Assembly: GCA_039588295.1 (NCBI GenBank)
Contig: JBDHAB010000006.1
Location: 18,358-82,357, forward strand
From: Gemmatimonadota bacterium
GTDB lineage: Bacteria; Gemmatimonadota; Gemmatimonadetes; Gemmatimonadales; GWC2-71-9
Length of the DNA: 64,000 nt
Direction: 5' to 3'
Shown here one piece after another: positions 29,854 through 38,802 of this stretch; positions within the stretch are counted from its first letter, which is position 1; the number at the start of each line of letters is the position of its first letter. The notes under the pieces are model-generated. The model was given only the letters and a program-made list of their open reading frames with translations. It was not told the DNA's origin and ran no database searches. The position numbers and the translations under genes are program-made.

Positions 29854-30501
29854 CTAGAATCCGAACGACACGCCGATTGACACGACCGGGTAAAACCGCA
29901 CCCAGTTGATGTCGTCTTCGAACGCCACTTCCTCCCGCTGCAGCTCCGTTTGAAACGTCGGATCCGTCGAGATCGGGCCGCTTGCCGCGAGCTGAGCCTC
30001 GGGCTTCCCGTGAAACGCTAGCCCAAAGTCGAGAATGAACCCGAGTCCTCGCTTGGCGATGTTGCCAAATCCGATGCCGAGGTACGGAGCCAGCTCGTTC
30101 GTTGCAACCACCGCACTCAGGGTGCCGACGTCCGCCGCTGTGTAGGTGACGTTCCCGATGTCGACGGAACTGAGAAGCGTTCCTGTTGCCCCGGGGTCTT
30201 CCGTGGACAAACGGGCGCCGCCGCTCAGCCGCAGCCCACCCACGAGGAAGAGATCCACCATTGCGGTGAGCTGGGGTGAAGGAATGTCAAACTCGTACTT
30301 GATATCAGCGAGCGTAATGCTCGGAGTTATGGGGAAAAGGTTCGCTCCGACCCGCACTCCCACGCGATCGTTGACTGAGATGCCGACATCGGCCCCCAGT
30401 CCCATCGTCCCCACGTGAGGGGCGACGCCAATGCTCTGTGCGGTCACCACCGATGTCCCAACCACGGCCACGACGCTGAGAAGAGAGAGGACGCGCGTCA
30501 T
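29854..30501 (-). CDS. Small outer-membrane beta-barrel protein (OmpA-like N-terminal barrel / OmpW-like)
   Basis: Signal peptide MTRVLSLLSVVAVVGTSVVTAQS; alternating hydrophobic strands; C-terminal ...GVSFGF. Internal Met chosen as start. Confidence 0.55.
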   Translation of the reverse strand: MTRVLSLLSVVAVVGTSVVTAQSIGVAPHVGTMGLGADVGISVNDRVGVRVGANLFPITPSITLADIKYEFDIPSPQLTAMVDLFLVGGLRLSGGARLSTEDPGATGTLLSSVDIGNVTYTAADVGTLSAVVATNELAPYLGIGFGNIAKRGLGFILDFGLAFHGKPEAQLAASGPISTDPTFQTELQREEVAFEDDINWVRFYPVVSIGVSFGF

Positions 30502-30699
30502 AGAGAACCCCGAGTGTGAGTCCCGAATACTTTCAGGTCTGTCGTGTATACCATAAGAGAACGTCTGTGGCACACGGTGGCAACGATGTGAGCAGTGGAG
30601 TGGTTGACGTGCGTGGAGCGTTCGTTCGGTCACGCGTGCTTGCGGAGGCCGTCGGGGCGGAACAGATTCCGACGACTGGAGAGGGATGGATCGGACGTT

Positions 30700-31359
30700 A
30701 TGCTGGGCATCTACATTTTCGCCGCGATTGTTGGCGGAGGGCTACTCCTTCTCTCCGTGCTGGGCGGTGGGGAACACGACGCCCATGCGGATGCCTCGGG
30801 ATTCGATGCGGACCACGACATCGGCCACGACCTGGGGCACGACATCAGCCACGACGTGGGACACGACGTCGGGCATGACGCCGATGCGGTTCACCATGTT
30901 CATGGTGGTGCCGGTGAAATCGTCCTCGGCCTGTTTCGGCCGCGCAACGTGACTTTCTTCCTCGCAGGATTCGGGCTGACCGGGACGCTGCTCACGCTTC
31001 TCAGCCCGTCGAGCGCCGGAGCCAGCCTGATTCCCTCGGTGGTCATGGGGTTCGGCGCCATGGTCGTGACGCACGGTGTGTTCACGTGGCTGCGGCGCAG
31101 CGAGAGTGCGGTCGATCTCGTGAGCGATGCTGACATGGAGGGGTGTCTCGGGCGCGTCGTGTTGCCGCTGGCTCCGGGAGAGCGCGGACGCATCGCGTGC
31201 AAGGTGGGCGGCCGCGAGGTTTACCTCGTCGCGATACTCGCCGAGGGGTATGTGGAGGCACTTCCACCGGGACGTGAAGTCGTGGTGCTGCGCGTATCGG
31301 AAACCGTTGCGCACGTCATGCCGTTCGAGTCACGCGAGCTTCCACCTTCAACTAGCTGA
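30700..31359 (+). CDS. NfeD-like membrane protein with C-terminal OB-fold and an internal His-Asp repeat
   Basis: N-terminal TM (MLGIYIFAAIVGGGLLLLSVLGG), second TM pair, C-terminal beta-rich OB-like region; lies upstream of flotillin, the classical pairing; (HDxGHD)n insert. Confidence 0.6.
   Translation: MLGIYIFAAIVGGGLLLLSVLGGGEHDAHADASGFDADHDIGHDLGHDISHDVGHDVGHDADAVHHVHGGAGEIVLGLFRPRNVTFFLAGFGLTGTLLTLLSPSSAGASLIPSVVMGFGAMVVTHGVFTWLRRSESAVDLVSDADMEGCLGRVVLPLAPGERGRIACKVGGREVYLVAILAEGYVEALPPGREVVVLRVSETVAHVMPFESRELPPSTS
30811..30882 (+). repeat. Six tandem 12-nt repeats (CACGACnnnGGn) encoding the (H-D-x-G) histidine/aspartate repeat
   Basis: gaccacgacatc ggccacgacctg gggcacgacatc agccacgacgtg ggacacgacgtc gggcatgacgcc. 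Confidence 0.6.
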
Positions 31360-31366
31360 GGGACGT

Positions 31367-32635
31367 ATGGACCCAACTGCCGGAGTGATCCTTGGAGGGA
31401 TAGCTCTCGGACTCGTCGGAGCGCTGATCTACGCCGTGCGTTCCTTGATCGTGATCTGTCTACCCAACGAGATGGTGGTCGTCACTGGCCGGAGTCGTGT
31501 CGCGGCGGACGGTCGTCGGATCGGCTACCGCGTTCTCCACGGTGGGCGCACCTTGCGCATTCCCATCGTGGAGCGGGTTTCGCGCATCGATCTGACCACG
31601 ATCCCGCTCGATGTGACCGTGCGCAATGCGTACTCCAAGGGTGGAATTCCGTTGATCGTTCAGGGCATCGCAAACGTGAAGGTCAGTGCCCGCGATCCCA
31701 CCTCTCACAACGCGGTCGAGCGACTGCTGGACAAGCCGTTCGAGGAGTTGATGCATATCGCGAAGGACACCTTGGAGGGCAATCTCAGAGGCGTGCTGGC
31801 TACACTCACGCCGGAAGAGGCCAACGAGGACCGACTGAAGTTCGCGCATCGGCTCATCGAGGAGGCGGACGAAGATCTCAAGAAGCTTGGCTTGGAACTC
31901 GACACGCTGAAGATCCAAAGTCTCACCGATGAGGTGAACTATCTGGACTCGATTGGGCGGCAGCAGACGGCGGAGATCCTCAAGAAGGCCCGTGTGGCCG
32001 AGGCGCAGCGCGCATCCGAGGCGGAGCAAACGGAAGCGGGTGCGCGCCAAGCCGCGCAGGTCGCGGCGATCCAAGCCGATCTCGCCATTACCGAAGAAAA
32101 CAACCGGCTCCGGGTACGTCGGGCCGAACTCGAAGCGGAAGCCCTTGCCCGCGAGGCCGAGGCAAAGGTCTCCGGCGAGAAGGCCCGCGTCGTGGCGGAG
32201 CAGGTTCTCCAGCACGAGCGCATCGCGCTGGAGCAGCGTCGTCTCGAAGCCGACGTGCTGCTCCCGGCACAGGCCGACCGAGAGGCGGCGGAGCAACGCG
32301 CCAAGGGGTCGGCAGCCACGATTGCCGAAGACGGCAAAGCACGGCTCTTCGTACTGGGGGAGACGATCAAGCTCTATGAATCTGCCGGCAGCGAAGCTGA
32401 ACGCATCTTCATCTTGAATATGCTGCCGGACATCATCCACGAGATTGCACACTCGGTCGAGGGCGTTGATATCGACAAGGTCACGGTGATCGACTCCGGA
32501 GGCCGCAGCACCGGCGTTGCCTCGGCTACGGGACAACTCCCCGAGGCGATCATCAAGCTGACGGAGCAGATCGAGACGGCCACAGGCGTGAATATCCTGA
32601 GTCGTCTGGGAGAGAAGTCGGCGAAGAAGTCGTAA
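31367..32635 (+). CDS. Flotillin (SPFH/band-7 domain, FloA/YqiK-like) with long Ala/Glu/Arg-rich coiled coil
   Basis: N-terminal TM, then SPFH core (PLDVTVRNAYSKGGIPLIVQGIANVKVS), EA-rich flotillin repeats and C-terminal conserved region; internal ATG 31367 is the start. Confidence 0.8.
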   Translation: MDPTAGVILGGIALGLVGALIYAVRSLIVICLPNEMVVVTGRSRVAADGRRIGYRVLHGGRTLRIPIVERVSRIDLTTIPLDVTVRNAYSKGGIPLIVQGIANVKVSARDPTSHNAVERLLDKPFEELMHIAKDTLEGNLRGVLATLTPEEANEDRLKFAHRLIEEADEDLKKLGLELDTLKIQSLTDEVNYLDSIGRQQTAEILKKARVAEAQRASEAEQTEAGARQAAQVAAIQADLAITEENNRLRVRRAELEAEALAREAEAKVSGEKARVVAEQVLQHERIALEQRRLEADVLLPAQADREAAEQRAKGSAATIAEDGKARLFVLGETIKLYESAGSEAERIFILNMLPDIIHEIAHSVEGVDIDKVTVIDSGGRSTGVASATGQLPEAIIKLTEQIETATGVNILSRLGEKSAKKS

Positions 32636-32788
32636 CCGCGGTTCCACCGTCCCGCACCGCTGCGACCCACGGCCACCTGCTCGAGTTCGGGATGGTGGCC
32701 GTGGCTTCACGAAGGCTTCACGGTCCATTCAATCTGCGCCGGATAGGCTCCATGCCTCCCGTGCGCCGACCACCTACAACGAGACGAG

Positions 32789-33835
32789 ATGTACACCACT
32801 TGCATCTACTGTAAGCGTCCGCTCGGAGCCAACGAGGTGATCGAGTGCTTCCCCGTTGGGCGTCGGTTGGCGTTCGACGTGGAGAAGGGGCGGCTGTGGG
32901 TGGTGTGCCGACGATGCGAGCGCTGGAACCTGTCACCACTCGAAGAACGCTGGGAGGCGTTTGAGGAGTGTGAGCGGCTGTTTCGCTCGACTCGTCTTCG
33001 GATGTCCACCGATGAGGTAGGACTGGCGAAGGTCAAGGAAGGGCTCGAGCTCGTGCGGATTGGGAAGCCGCTCCGACCCGAGTTTGCCGCATGGCGGTAC
33101 GGTGATCAGTTTGGACGGCGTCGGAGGCGGGCGATGATCTGGACCGGGGCGGGTATCGTGGCCGTGGGAGCGGTCACCGCAGGCGGCATCGCTCTTGGAA
33201 TCGGTGCTGGCTTCGCACCGCAGATTCCCAATCTCATCATGAATGTCCCGGTCCGAGCGCGCGTGCGCGCCCCTGACGGTCGGGTTCTCAAATTCCGCAA
33301 CGCGGACATGCATAAGGCTCGGTTCCTGATGGAGCCGGGGTCGGACGACTGGGTGATCTCGGTCAAGCACAGCAAGGGGAAGGAGACCTTCATGGGCCCC
33401 ACCGCCATGCATATCGCGAGTCACCTGCTCCCCGCGTTGAACCGCATGGCTGGTTCGCGACAAGCCGTTCGCACGGCGGTCGACCGTATCGAAGCCGCGG
33501 GCGATCCGGAGCGGTACCTCGAGGGCCTCTCGCACGAGATCGACCCAAACAAGCCCGAGCCCGGGTATGGTCGCCCCCTGTTCCCCGGTAAGCCCGGCGT
33601 CATCCACAAACTTCCGACACCGACCCGGCTCGCGCTCGAGATGGCGCTTCATGAGGAACAGGAGCGTCGCGCGTTGGCGGGCGAGCTGATCGAACTCGAG
33701 CTGGCGTGGAGAGAAGCGGAGGAGATCGCAGGCATTGCGGATGACATGTTCGTTCCCAAGGAGTTCGAGGAGTTCGCTGAGCGGCACCGAGTCACGGCTT
33801 GCGACGAAGCACCTGATGATGATGATCGAGGCTGA
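32789..33835 (+). CDS. Hypothetical protein with N-terminal Cys4 zinc-ribbon, central TM segment and acidic C-terminus
   Basis: CIYC...CRRC motif; hydrophobic segment MIWTGAGIVAVGAVTAGGIALGIGAGFAP; no family recognised. Confidence 0.5.
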   Translation: MYTTCIYCKRPLGANEVIECFPVGRRLAFDVEKGRLWVVCRRCERWNLSPLEERWEAFEECERLFRSTRLRMSTDEVGLAKVKEGLELVRIGKPLRPEFAAWRYGDQFGRRRRRAMIWTGAGIVAVGAVTAGGIALGIGAGFAPQIPNLIMNVPVRARVRAPDGRVLKFRNADMHKARFLMEPGSDDWVISVKHSKGKETFMGPTAMHIASHLLPALNRMAGSRQAVRTAVDRIEAAGDPERYLEGLSHEIDPNKPEPGYGRPLFPGKPGVIHKLPTPTRLALEMALHEEQERRALAGELIELELAWREAEEIAGIADDMFVPKEFEEFAERHRVTACDEAPDDDDRG

Positions 33836-33933
33836 CCCACGCGTCGCGACGGCGGACGGGCTGGCGCGCCCAGGACACTCGAGGATCTTCGCGGGCATCC
33901 GGGGTAAGAAACGGACAAGGCGCTGCGTCCGTA

Positions 33934-36138
33934 GTGCATGTACGGATCCTACAAGTGGAGTTTTGGGTGGTCGTCAGTCTTCGTAACCGAGTTGGACAGG
34001 CTCTGTCGAGCCATTACGACCTCGAGCGCGAGCTCGGTCGCGGAGGAGCGGCCGTCGTTTACCTGGCACACGACCGCAAGCATCGGCGAGACGTGGCGAT
34101 CAAGGTCATGCACCCCGAACTCGGAGCGTCCATCGGCGCAGAGCGCTTCTTGCGCGAGATCGAAATCGCCGCCCAGCTCAGCCACCCCCACATTCTGCCG
34201 CTCTACGACTCCGGGGAGCTCAACGGATTCCTGTACTACGTCATGCCGTACGTCGCCGGTGAGTCCCTGCGCCAGCGGCTCCACCGGGAGGGAAGGGTCT
34301 CGCTCGACGAATCGCTCCGTATCGCCCTGGATGTCGCGGATGCGCTGACGTACGCGCACGGACGGGGCGTCGTGCACCGGGACATCAAGCCGGAGAACAT
34401 CCTGCTGGAATCGGGCCATGCCTTGGTGACCGACTTCGGGGTCGCGCGAGCGATCTCTGCAGCCGGCAAAGACCGAGTAACGCTGCCGGGGATGGCCGTC
34501 GGCACCCCAACCTACATGAGCCCTGAGCAAGCCGGCGGTGATGAGCCCGTGGATGAGCGGGCAGACATCTATGCGCTCGGATGCGTGCTGTTCGAGATGT
34601 TGGCCGGCGAGCCGCCCCACTCGGGACCGAACCCACAGGTCATTCTCGCTCGGAAGGCCGCCCATCCCGTCCCCAACTTCGGCCATATTCGAGACGCAAT
34701 CACGGTCTCGCTGGAGCGCGTGCTCCGCAGAGCGCTTGCCTGGGAGCCGCGGGACCGATTCTCCACGTCGGCTGAGTTTGCCGAGGCCCTCTCCGCTCAC
34801 GCGGCGAACTCTCCGCCAAATGGGCACGTGGCCGTGGCAACGGCCACGTCGGTAGCCCGCTCGATCGCCGTGCTGCCGTTTGCGAACATGAGCCCCGATC
34901 CGGAAAACGAGTACTTCAGCGACGGCATTGCCGAGGAGATCACCAATGCCTTGGCCAAGATTCAGTCGCTGCACGTGGTGTCGCGGACCTCGGCGTTTGC
35001 GTACAAGGGGAAGGACCAAGACGTGCGGAGGATTGGTGACGCGCTCGGCGTGGGAACGGTGCTCGAGGGGAGCGTGCGGAGGGCGGGTCGGCGGCTCCGG
35101 ATCACCGCCCAGTTGGTGAGCGTCACCGACGGTTATCACCTGTGGTCCGAACGGTATGACCGGGAAGCGGAGGATGTGTTTGCGATTCAAGATGAAATCG
35201 CCCGGAGCATTGCTGATGTGCTCGAACTCATGCTGACCGATGAGGAGAAGCGTGCTCTCGAGAAGCCTCCGACCGTGAACGTGGAAGCGTACGAGTGCTA
35301 CCTTCGCGGTCGGTACTTTCTGCATCTGTTTCAGAAAAACACGGTTCGGCATGGCAGGGATATGTTTGCGCGAGCGATCGAGATCGATCCCAACTATGCC
35401 TTGGCGTTCGCCGGATTGGCCGACTGTTGCTCGTTTCTCTACATGTACTTCGACGGCAGCGCGCCCATTCTCGAAGAGGCGGATGCCGCGAGCCGTCGGG
35501 CACTCGACCTGGACCCCGGCCTCGCCGAAGCCCACGCGGCTCGGGGCCTGGCCGTGGCACTGCGCCAGCGCTATGCGGAAGCGGAAGCCGAGTTCGAAGA
35601 GGCAATCCGCCTCAACTCGGCGTTGTTCGAAGCCTTCTACTTCTATGCGCGGACCTGCTTTCAGCAGGGGAAGCTCGAGTCCGCCGTCGAGTTGTTCGAG
35701 AAGGCCTGTGAAGTCCATGACGACTATCAGGCCCGACTGCTCGCCGCCCTGAGCTACGCCGGTCTCGGGCGGGCCGACGATGCGCGAGCAGCCTACCAGC
35801 GGGCGCTCCGCGCCACCGAACGACATCTCGAGCTCTCACCCGGTGACTGCCGTGCGCTGACACTCGGGGCGGGGTGCCTGGCTCGACTTGGCCGTGAGCG
35901 CGAAGCGATCGAGTGGTGTGATCGCGCGCTCGGCATCGATCCGGATGACCCCGTGGTGGTCTACGCGGTTGCATGTGTAGACGCCGTGCTCGGACGGACC
36001 GACGTGGCGCTCGACCGACTGGAGCAGGCCATCCACGGTGGATTCGGGAACAAGAAGTGGATCCAGAACGACCCGGATTTTGCCACCGTCCGCGAGCACC
36101 CCCGCTTCCAGGAACTCGTGGCCGTAAGCCCGGACTAG
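33934..36138 (+). CDS. Ser/Thr protein kinase fused to a TolB-N-like (CsgG/LpoB-fold) domain and C-terminal TPR repeats
   Basis: Hanks kinase motifs GRGGAAVVYLA, VAIK, HRDIKPENILL, DFGVARA, TPTYMSPE; then IAVLPFANMSPDPENEYFSDGIAEEITNALAK...; then TPR-like helices. Confidence 0.85.
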   Translation: MHVRILQVEFWVVVSLRNRVGQALSSHYDLERELGRGGAAVVYLAHDRKHRRDVAIKVMHPELGASIGAERFLREIEIAAQLSHPHILPLYDSGELNGFLYYVMPYVAGESLRQRLHREGRVSLDESLRIALDVADALTYAHGRGVVHRDIKPENILLESGHALVTDFGVARAISAAGKDRVTLPGMAVGTPTYMSPEQAGGDEPVDERADIYALGCVLFEMLAGEPPHSGPNPQVILARKAAHPVPNFGHIRDAITVSLERVLRRALAWEPRDRFSTSAEFAEALSAHAANSPPNGHVAVATATSVARSIAVLPFANMSPDPENEYFSDGIAEEITNALAKIQSLHVVSRTSAFAYKGKDQDVRRIGDALGVGTVLEGSVRRAGRRLRITAQLVSVTDGYHLWSERYDREAEDVFAIQDEIARSIADVLELMLTDEEKRALEKPPTVNVEAYECYLRGRYFLHLFQKNTVRHGRDMFARAIEIDPNYALAFAGLADCCSFLYMYFDGSAPILEEADAASRRALDLDPGLAEAHAARGLAVALRQRYAEAEAEFEEAIRLNSALFEAFYFYARTCFQQGKLESAVELFEKACEVHDDYQARLLAALSYAGLGRADDARAAYQRALRATERHLELSPGDCRALTLGAGCLARLGREREAIEWCDRALGIDPDDPVVVYAVACVDAVLGRTDVALDRLEQAIHGGFGNKKWIQNDPDFATVREHPRFQELVAVSPD

Positions 36139-36230
36139 CCGCCGAGCCGCGCACCCCCTATCCTACATATCAGACAGTTCTCGTCACTTTTCCCTGTCCG
36201 TTCAGGACCCTTATCGTCGGGAGACAATCG

Positions 36231-36704
36231 ATGACACCACATCGGTGGAAGATGCTCCTCGGAGGGGCGGCTGTCGTAGCCGTCACCTCGGTCGGGTTGG
36301 CGGCGACCCAGTCGTCCCAAGCGAGGGCGGAAGCGACGGTCACCGTCTACAAGACTCCCACTTGAGGGTGCTGCAACCAGTGGGTCGTGCACCTGCAAGA
36401 GAATGGGTTCGACGTGGAGACCGTGGAAGTGGATGGCCTGGCCCAGGTCAAGGCCGAACACGGCGTGCCACAGGCGCTGGAGGGATGTCACACTGCCGTG
36501 GCCGATGGATACGTGATCGAGGGTCATGTGCCGGCCGACGTGGTTCGGAAGTTGCTCAAGGAGCGACCCGAAATCGCGGGCGTGGCGGTACCGGGCATGC
36601 CGATTGGCTCTCCGGGCATGGAGGTGCCGGGCAGGACGCCTGAGCGGTACGACGTGGTGGCCTTCGCCAAGGATGGCAAGACAACGGTCTACGCACGCCG
36701 ATAG
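36231..36704 (+). CDS. DUF411/CopG-family periplasmic metal-binding protein interrupted by an in-frame TGA (36363-36365) at the first Cys of the conserved CxCC motif; selenoprotein candidate or pseudogene
   Basis: ATG 36231 gives signal peptide MTPHRWKMLLGGAAVVAVTSVGLAATQSSQA then TVTVYKTPT-[TGA]-GCCNQWVVHLQENGF...GCHTAVADGYVIEGHVPADVVRKLL...GVAVPGMPIGSPGME, colinear with DUF411. The track only reports the GTG-started remnant 36387..36704. Confidence 0.55.
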
Positions 36705-36788
36705 ACGTACGGACAATCAAAGGTGGAGGACAAGCGGAGCCCCAACCCGGACCAGCGGGGGGGCTCCGAAGGTTCATGGGCGGGCGTT

Positions 36789-37590
36789 GAAAGTCGCAGA
36801 CCCTGTGGTGACGGCGGGTCCGCACCGGTGGCTGTTGCCACGCGAGCACGGCGCGTATGCGGAACTGTTGTTCCCCGTGGTGACGGGCTGGGCGAGTCGT
36901 TCACCCGACGTGGCAACCGTGCTCTTCACGGTGGCTGTGGTTGCGGGCTTCCTTTCCTATGAGCCGCTGATGGTTCTACGAGGAGTCCGGGGACGCCGGC
37001 TGCAGGACGCACTCGGTGAGACGGCCCACACGCAGTTGCTCCTGTTCCTCTCCGTCGGCACGGTGACCGGCGTGCTGGCAGTTGCCCTGACCGGGACCGC
37101 CACCCAAGTGGCAGCGCTCGTTCCGGCGGCCTGTGCGGTTGCCCTGCTTCCGTGGCTGTACCGCCACCGACTGAAGACCCTGGCGGCGGAGATCCTCGTG
37201 GTAGCGGCGTTCTCGGCGACGGTCTTGCCGCTGGCGGTCAGGGAGGCCGCCGATTGGCGGTTCGCCTGGACGGCCGCTGCCGTGTGGTGCGGCAGCTTCA
37301 CTCTGGGCACGCTGGCGGTCCATGCGATCAAAGTGCGCCACAAGCAGACGGTAGGCGTGCGATGGTCGCGCCCGGCGGCACCCGCGCTCGCCCTTGTTGC
37401 GGTCGGGATCGGAGTCGTGGGACCCGTGCTGGGAGCGATTCCTGTGACTACGGGCGTGGCGCTGGTCGTGCCGGCCGTACTCGCGGGCCTGTTCAGCGTC
37501 CTGCCTGTACATCCACGGCGCTTAAAGAGAGTGGGGTGGTCGTTGGTTGTGGCGAACGTCATCACGCTGGTACTGCTGCTCCTCAGGTAG
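36789..37590 (+). CDS. Polytopic membrane protein, YwiC-like (start uncertain: TTG 36789 or GTG 36804)
   Basis: WLLPREHGAYAELLFPVVTG N-terminal motif followed by about 8 hydrophobic segments. Confidence 0.45.
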
Positions 37591-37893
37591 GCCGAGTGCG
37601 CCGACTGGGGCTTTCCGTATGGCCGAGATCGTACGCCGATGGATCTGACCATTCCCGATGCCGCGCTGTCGGAGTTGGCGGCAGCGTTCTTTCAAGCGAC
37701 GATCACGCTCGGGTTGGTGCTCCTGTGCGCGTGGGCCGTAGCGACGCGTGCGTTACGGATGAATCGCGGTTCGGCTGGGGGGGATCGTGGTATCCCGGTC
37801 TGCCATTGCGGGACGGGTGCCCATGACCCACCTTTCGCGGTCGCGGCGCCCGTGTGGGCGCCGACGCAGCGACTGTATTATGGGAGGATGCTC

Positions 37894-38430
37894 ATGCGGT
37901 ACCTGTTGACTCTCGCGCTCCTGACCGTGCCCGCGGGTCTCGTGGCCCAAGAGGCTGGTAAACCGATGCCGCCGCACTATCGCGAAGTGCAGGTGCGGAT
38001 GCTCGAGCTCCAACGGGACATGCTGTTGGCGATGGCGGACTCGATGCCGGAGTCCTTGTATCGCGAAGCCGCAACGCCGGCCCAACGAGACTTTGCCCAG
38101 CAGCTCCATCACGCCGCATCGACGATCGTGTTCATCGGCGCGCGGTTCGCAGGTGCCACGCCGCCGGCCCTGCCGGACACGGCGACCGTGCTCAACGGTC
38201 GCGAAGGTATGCGCGGGTATATCAACGCCGTCTATGATTTCGGCGTCCAGGCGCTCAAGGATCAGTCGGATGAGGCTCGCGCGACCGTTGTGTCGTTCTT
38301 TGGGGGTCAGCAAATTCCCAACTGGCAGGTCTGGGATGAGATCCACCAGCACACGATTTGGACGGCCGGGCAGTGCGTCGCCAACTTCCGCAAGCACGGC
38401 ATGGCACCGCCAGGATTCGGGTTCTTCTAG
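37894..38430 (+). CDS. Secreted DinB/YfiT-like (DinB_2) four-helix-bundle metal-dependent protein
   Basis: Signal peptide MRYLLTLALLTVPAGLVAQEA; His-containing helices (HHAAST..., H..TIWTAGQ); GGGAGG RBS placed for ATG 37894. Confidence 0.55.
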   Translation: MRYLLTLALLTVPAGLVAQEAGKPMPPHYREVQVRMLELQRDMLLAMADSMPESLYREAATPAQRDFAQQLHHAASTIVFIGARFAGATPPALPDTATVLNGREGMRGYINAVYDFGVQALKDQSDEARATVVSFFGGQQIPNWQVWDEIHQHTIWTAGQCVANFRKHGMAPPGFGFF

Positions 38431-38496
38431 CGCCCGAAGAGCGCTTCTCGGTTGTTGGAGGGTCGGAACCGACTGTAACGATTTGGAGGGAGTACG

Positions 38497-38745
38497 ATGG
38501 GTGATCCTATCTCACTCGATCACTTTGTGACCAAGATGGAAGGGCTCAACGATGAGATGCGGGGCGGCCAACTCAAGCACGGGGAGTACGACCAACGCTT
38601 GGCGCGCATCATCGGTGAGCTGCGGGACCGGAAGATTGATGCAGACCGATCGGACATCAACACGGCGATCGACGGCCTTCTGGGCCGCGGTGTGATCACG
38701 CCGGCTGTGAAGGAACACCTCCTCAGCCGCCTCGGTCTCGAATGA
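38497..38745 (+). CDS. Small protein with SHOCT-like C-terminal motif
   Basis: GGAGGGAG RBS 8 nt upstream; C-terminal LLGRGVITPAVKEHLLSRLG resembles the SHOCT short C-terminal domain. Confidence 0.45.
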   Translation: MGDPISLDHFVTKMEGLNDEMRGGQLKHGEYDQRLARIIGELRDRKIDADRSDINTAIDGLLGRGVITPAVKEHLLSRLGLE

Positions 38746-38802
38746 TCCAATGGGCGCCCGGCCGCTTCGGCCGGGTGCCCGTTACCCGCGCTGGTCGACC
38801 GC

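Noticed and set aside
36387-36704. Treating the DUF411 remnant as an independent GTG-started 105-aa gene (as in the ORF track)
   Set aside because: The upstream 132 nt in the same frame encode a signal peptide and the conserved DUF411 N-terminus up to the TGA, so the locus is one gene with an internal TGA, not a short independent ORF.
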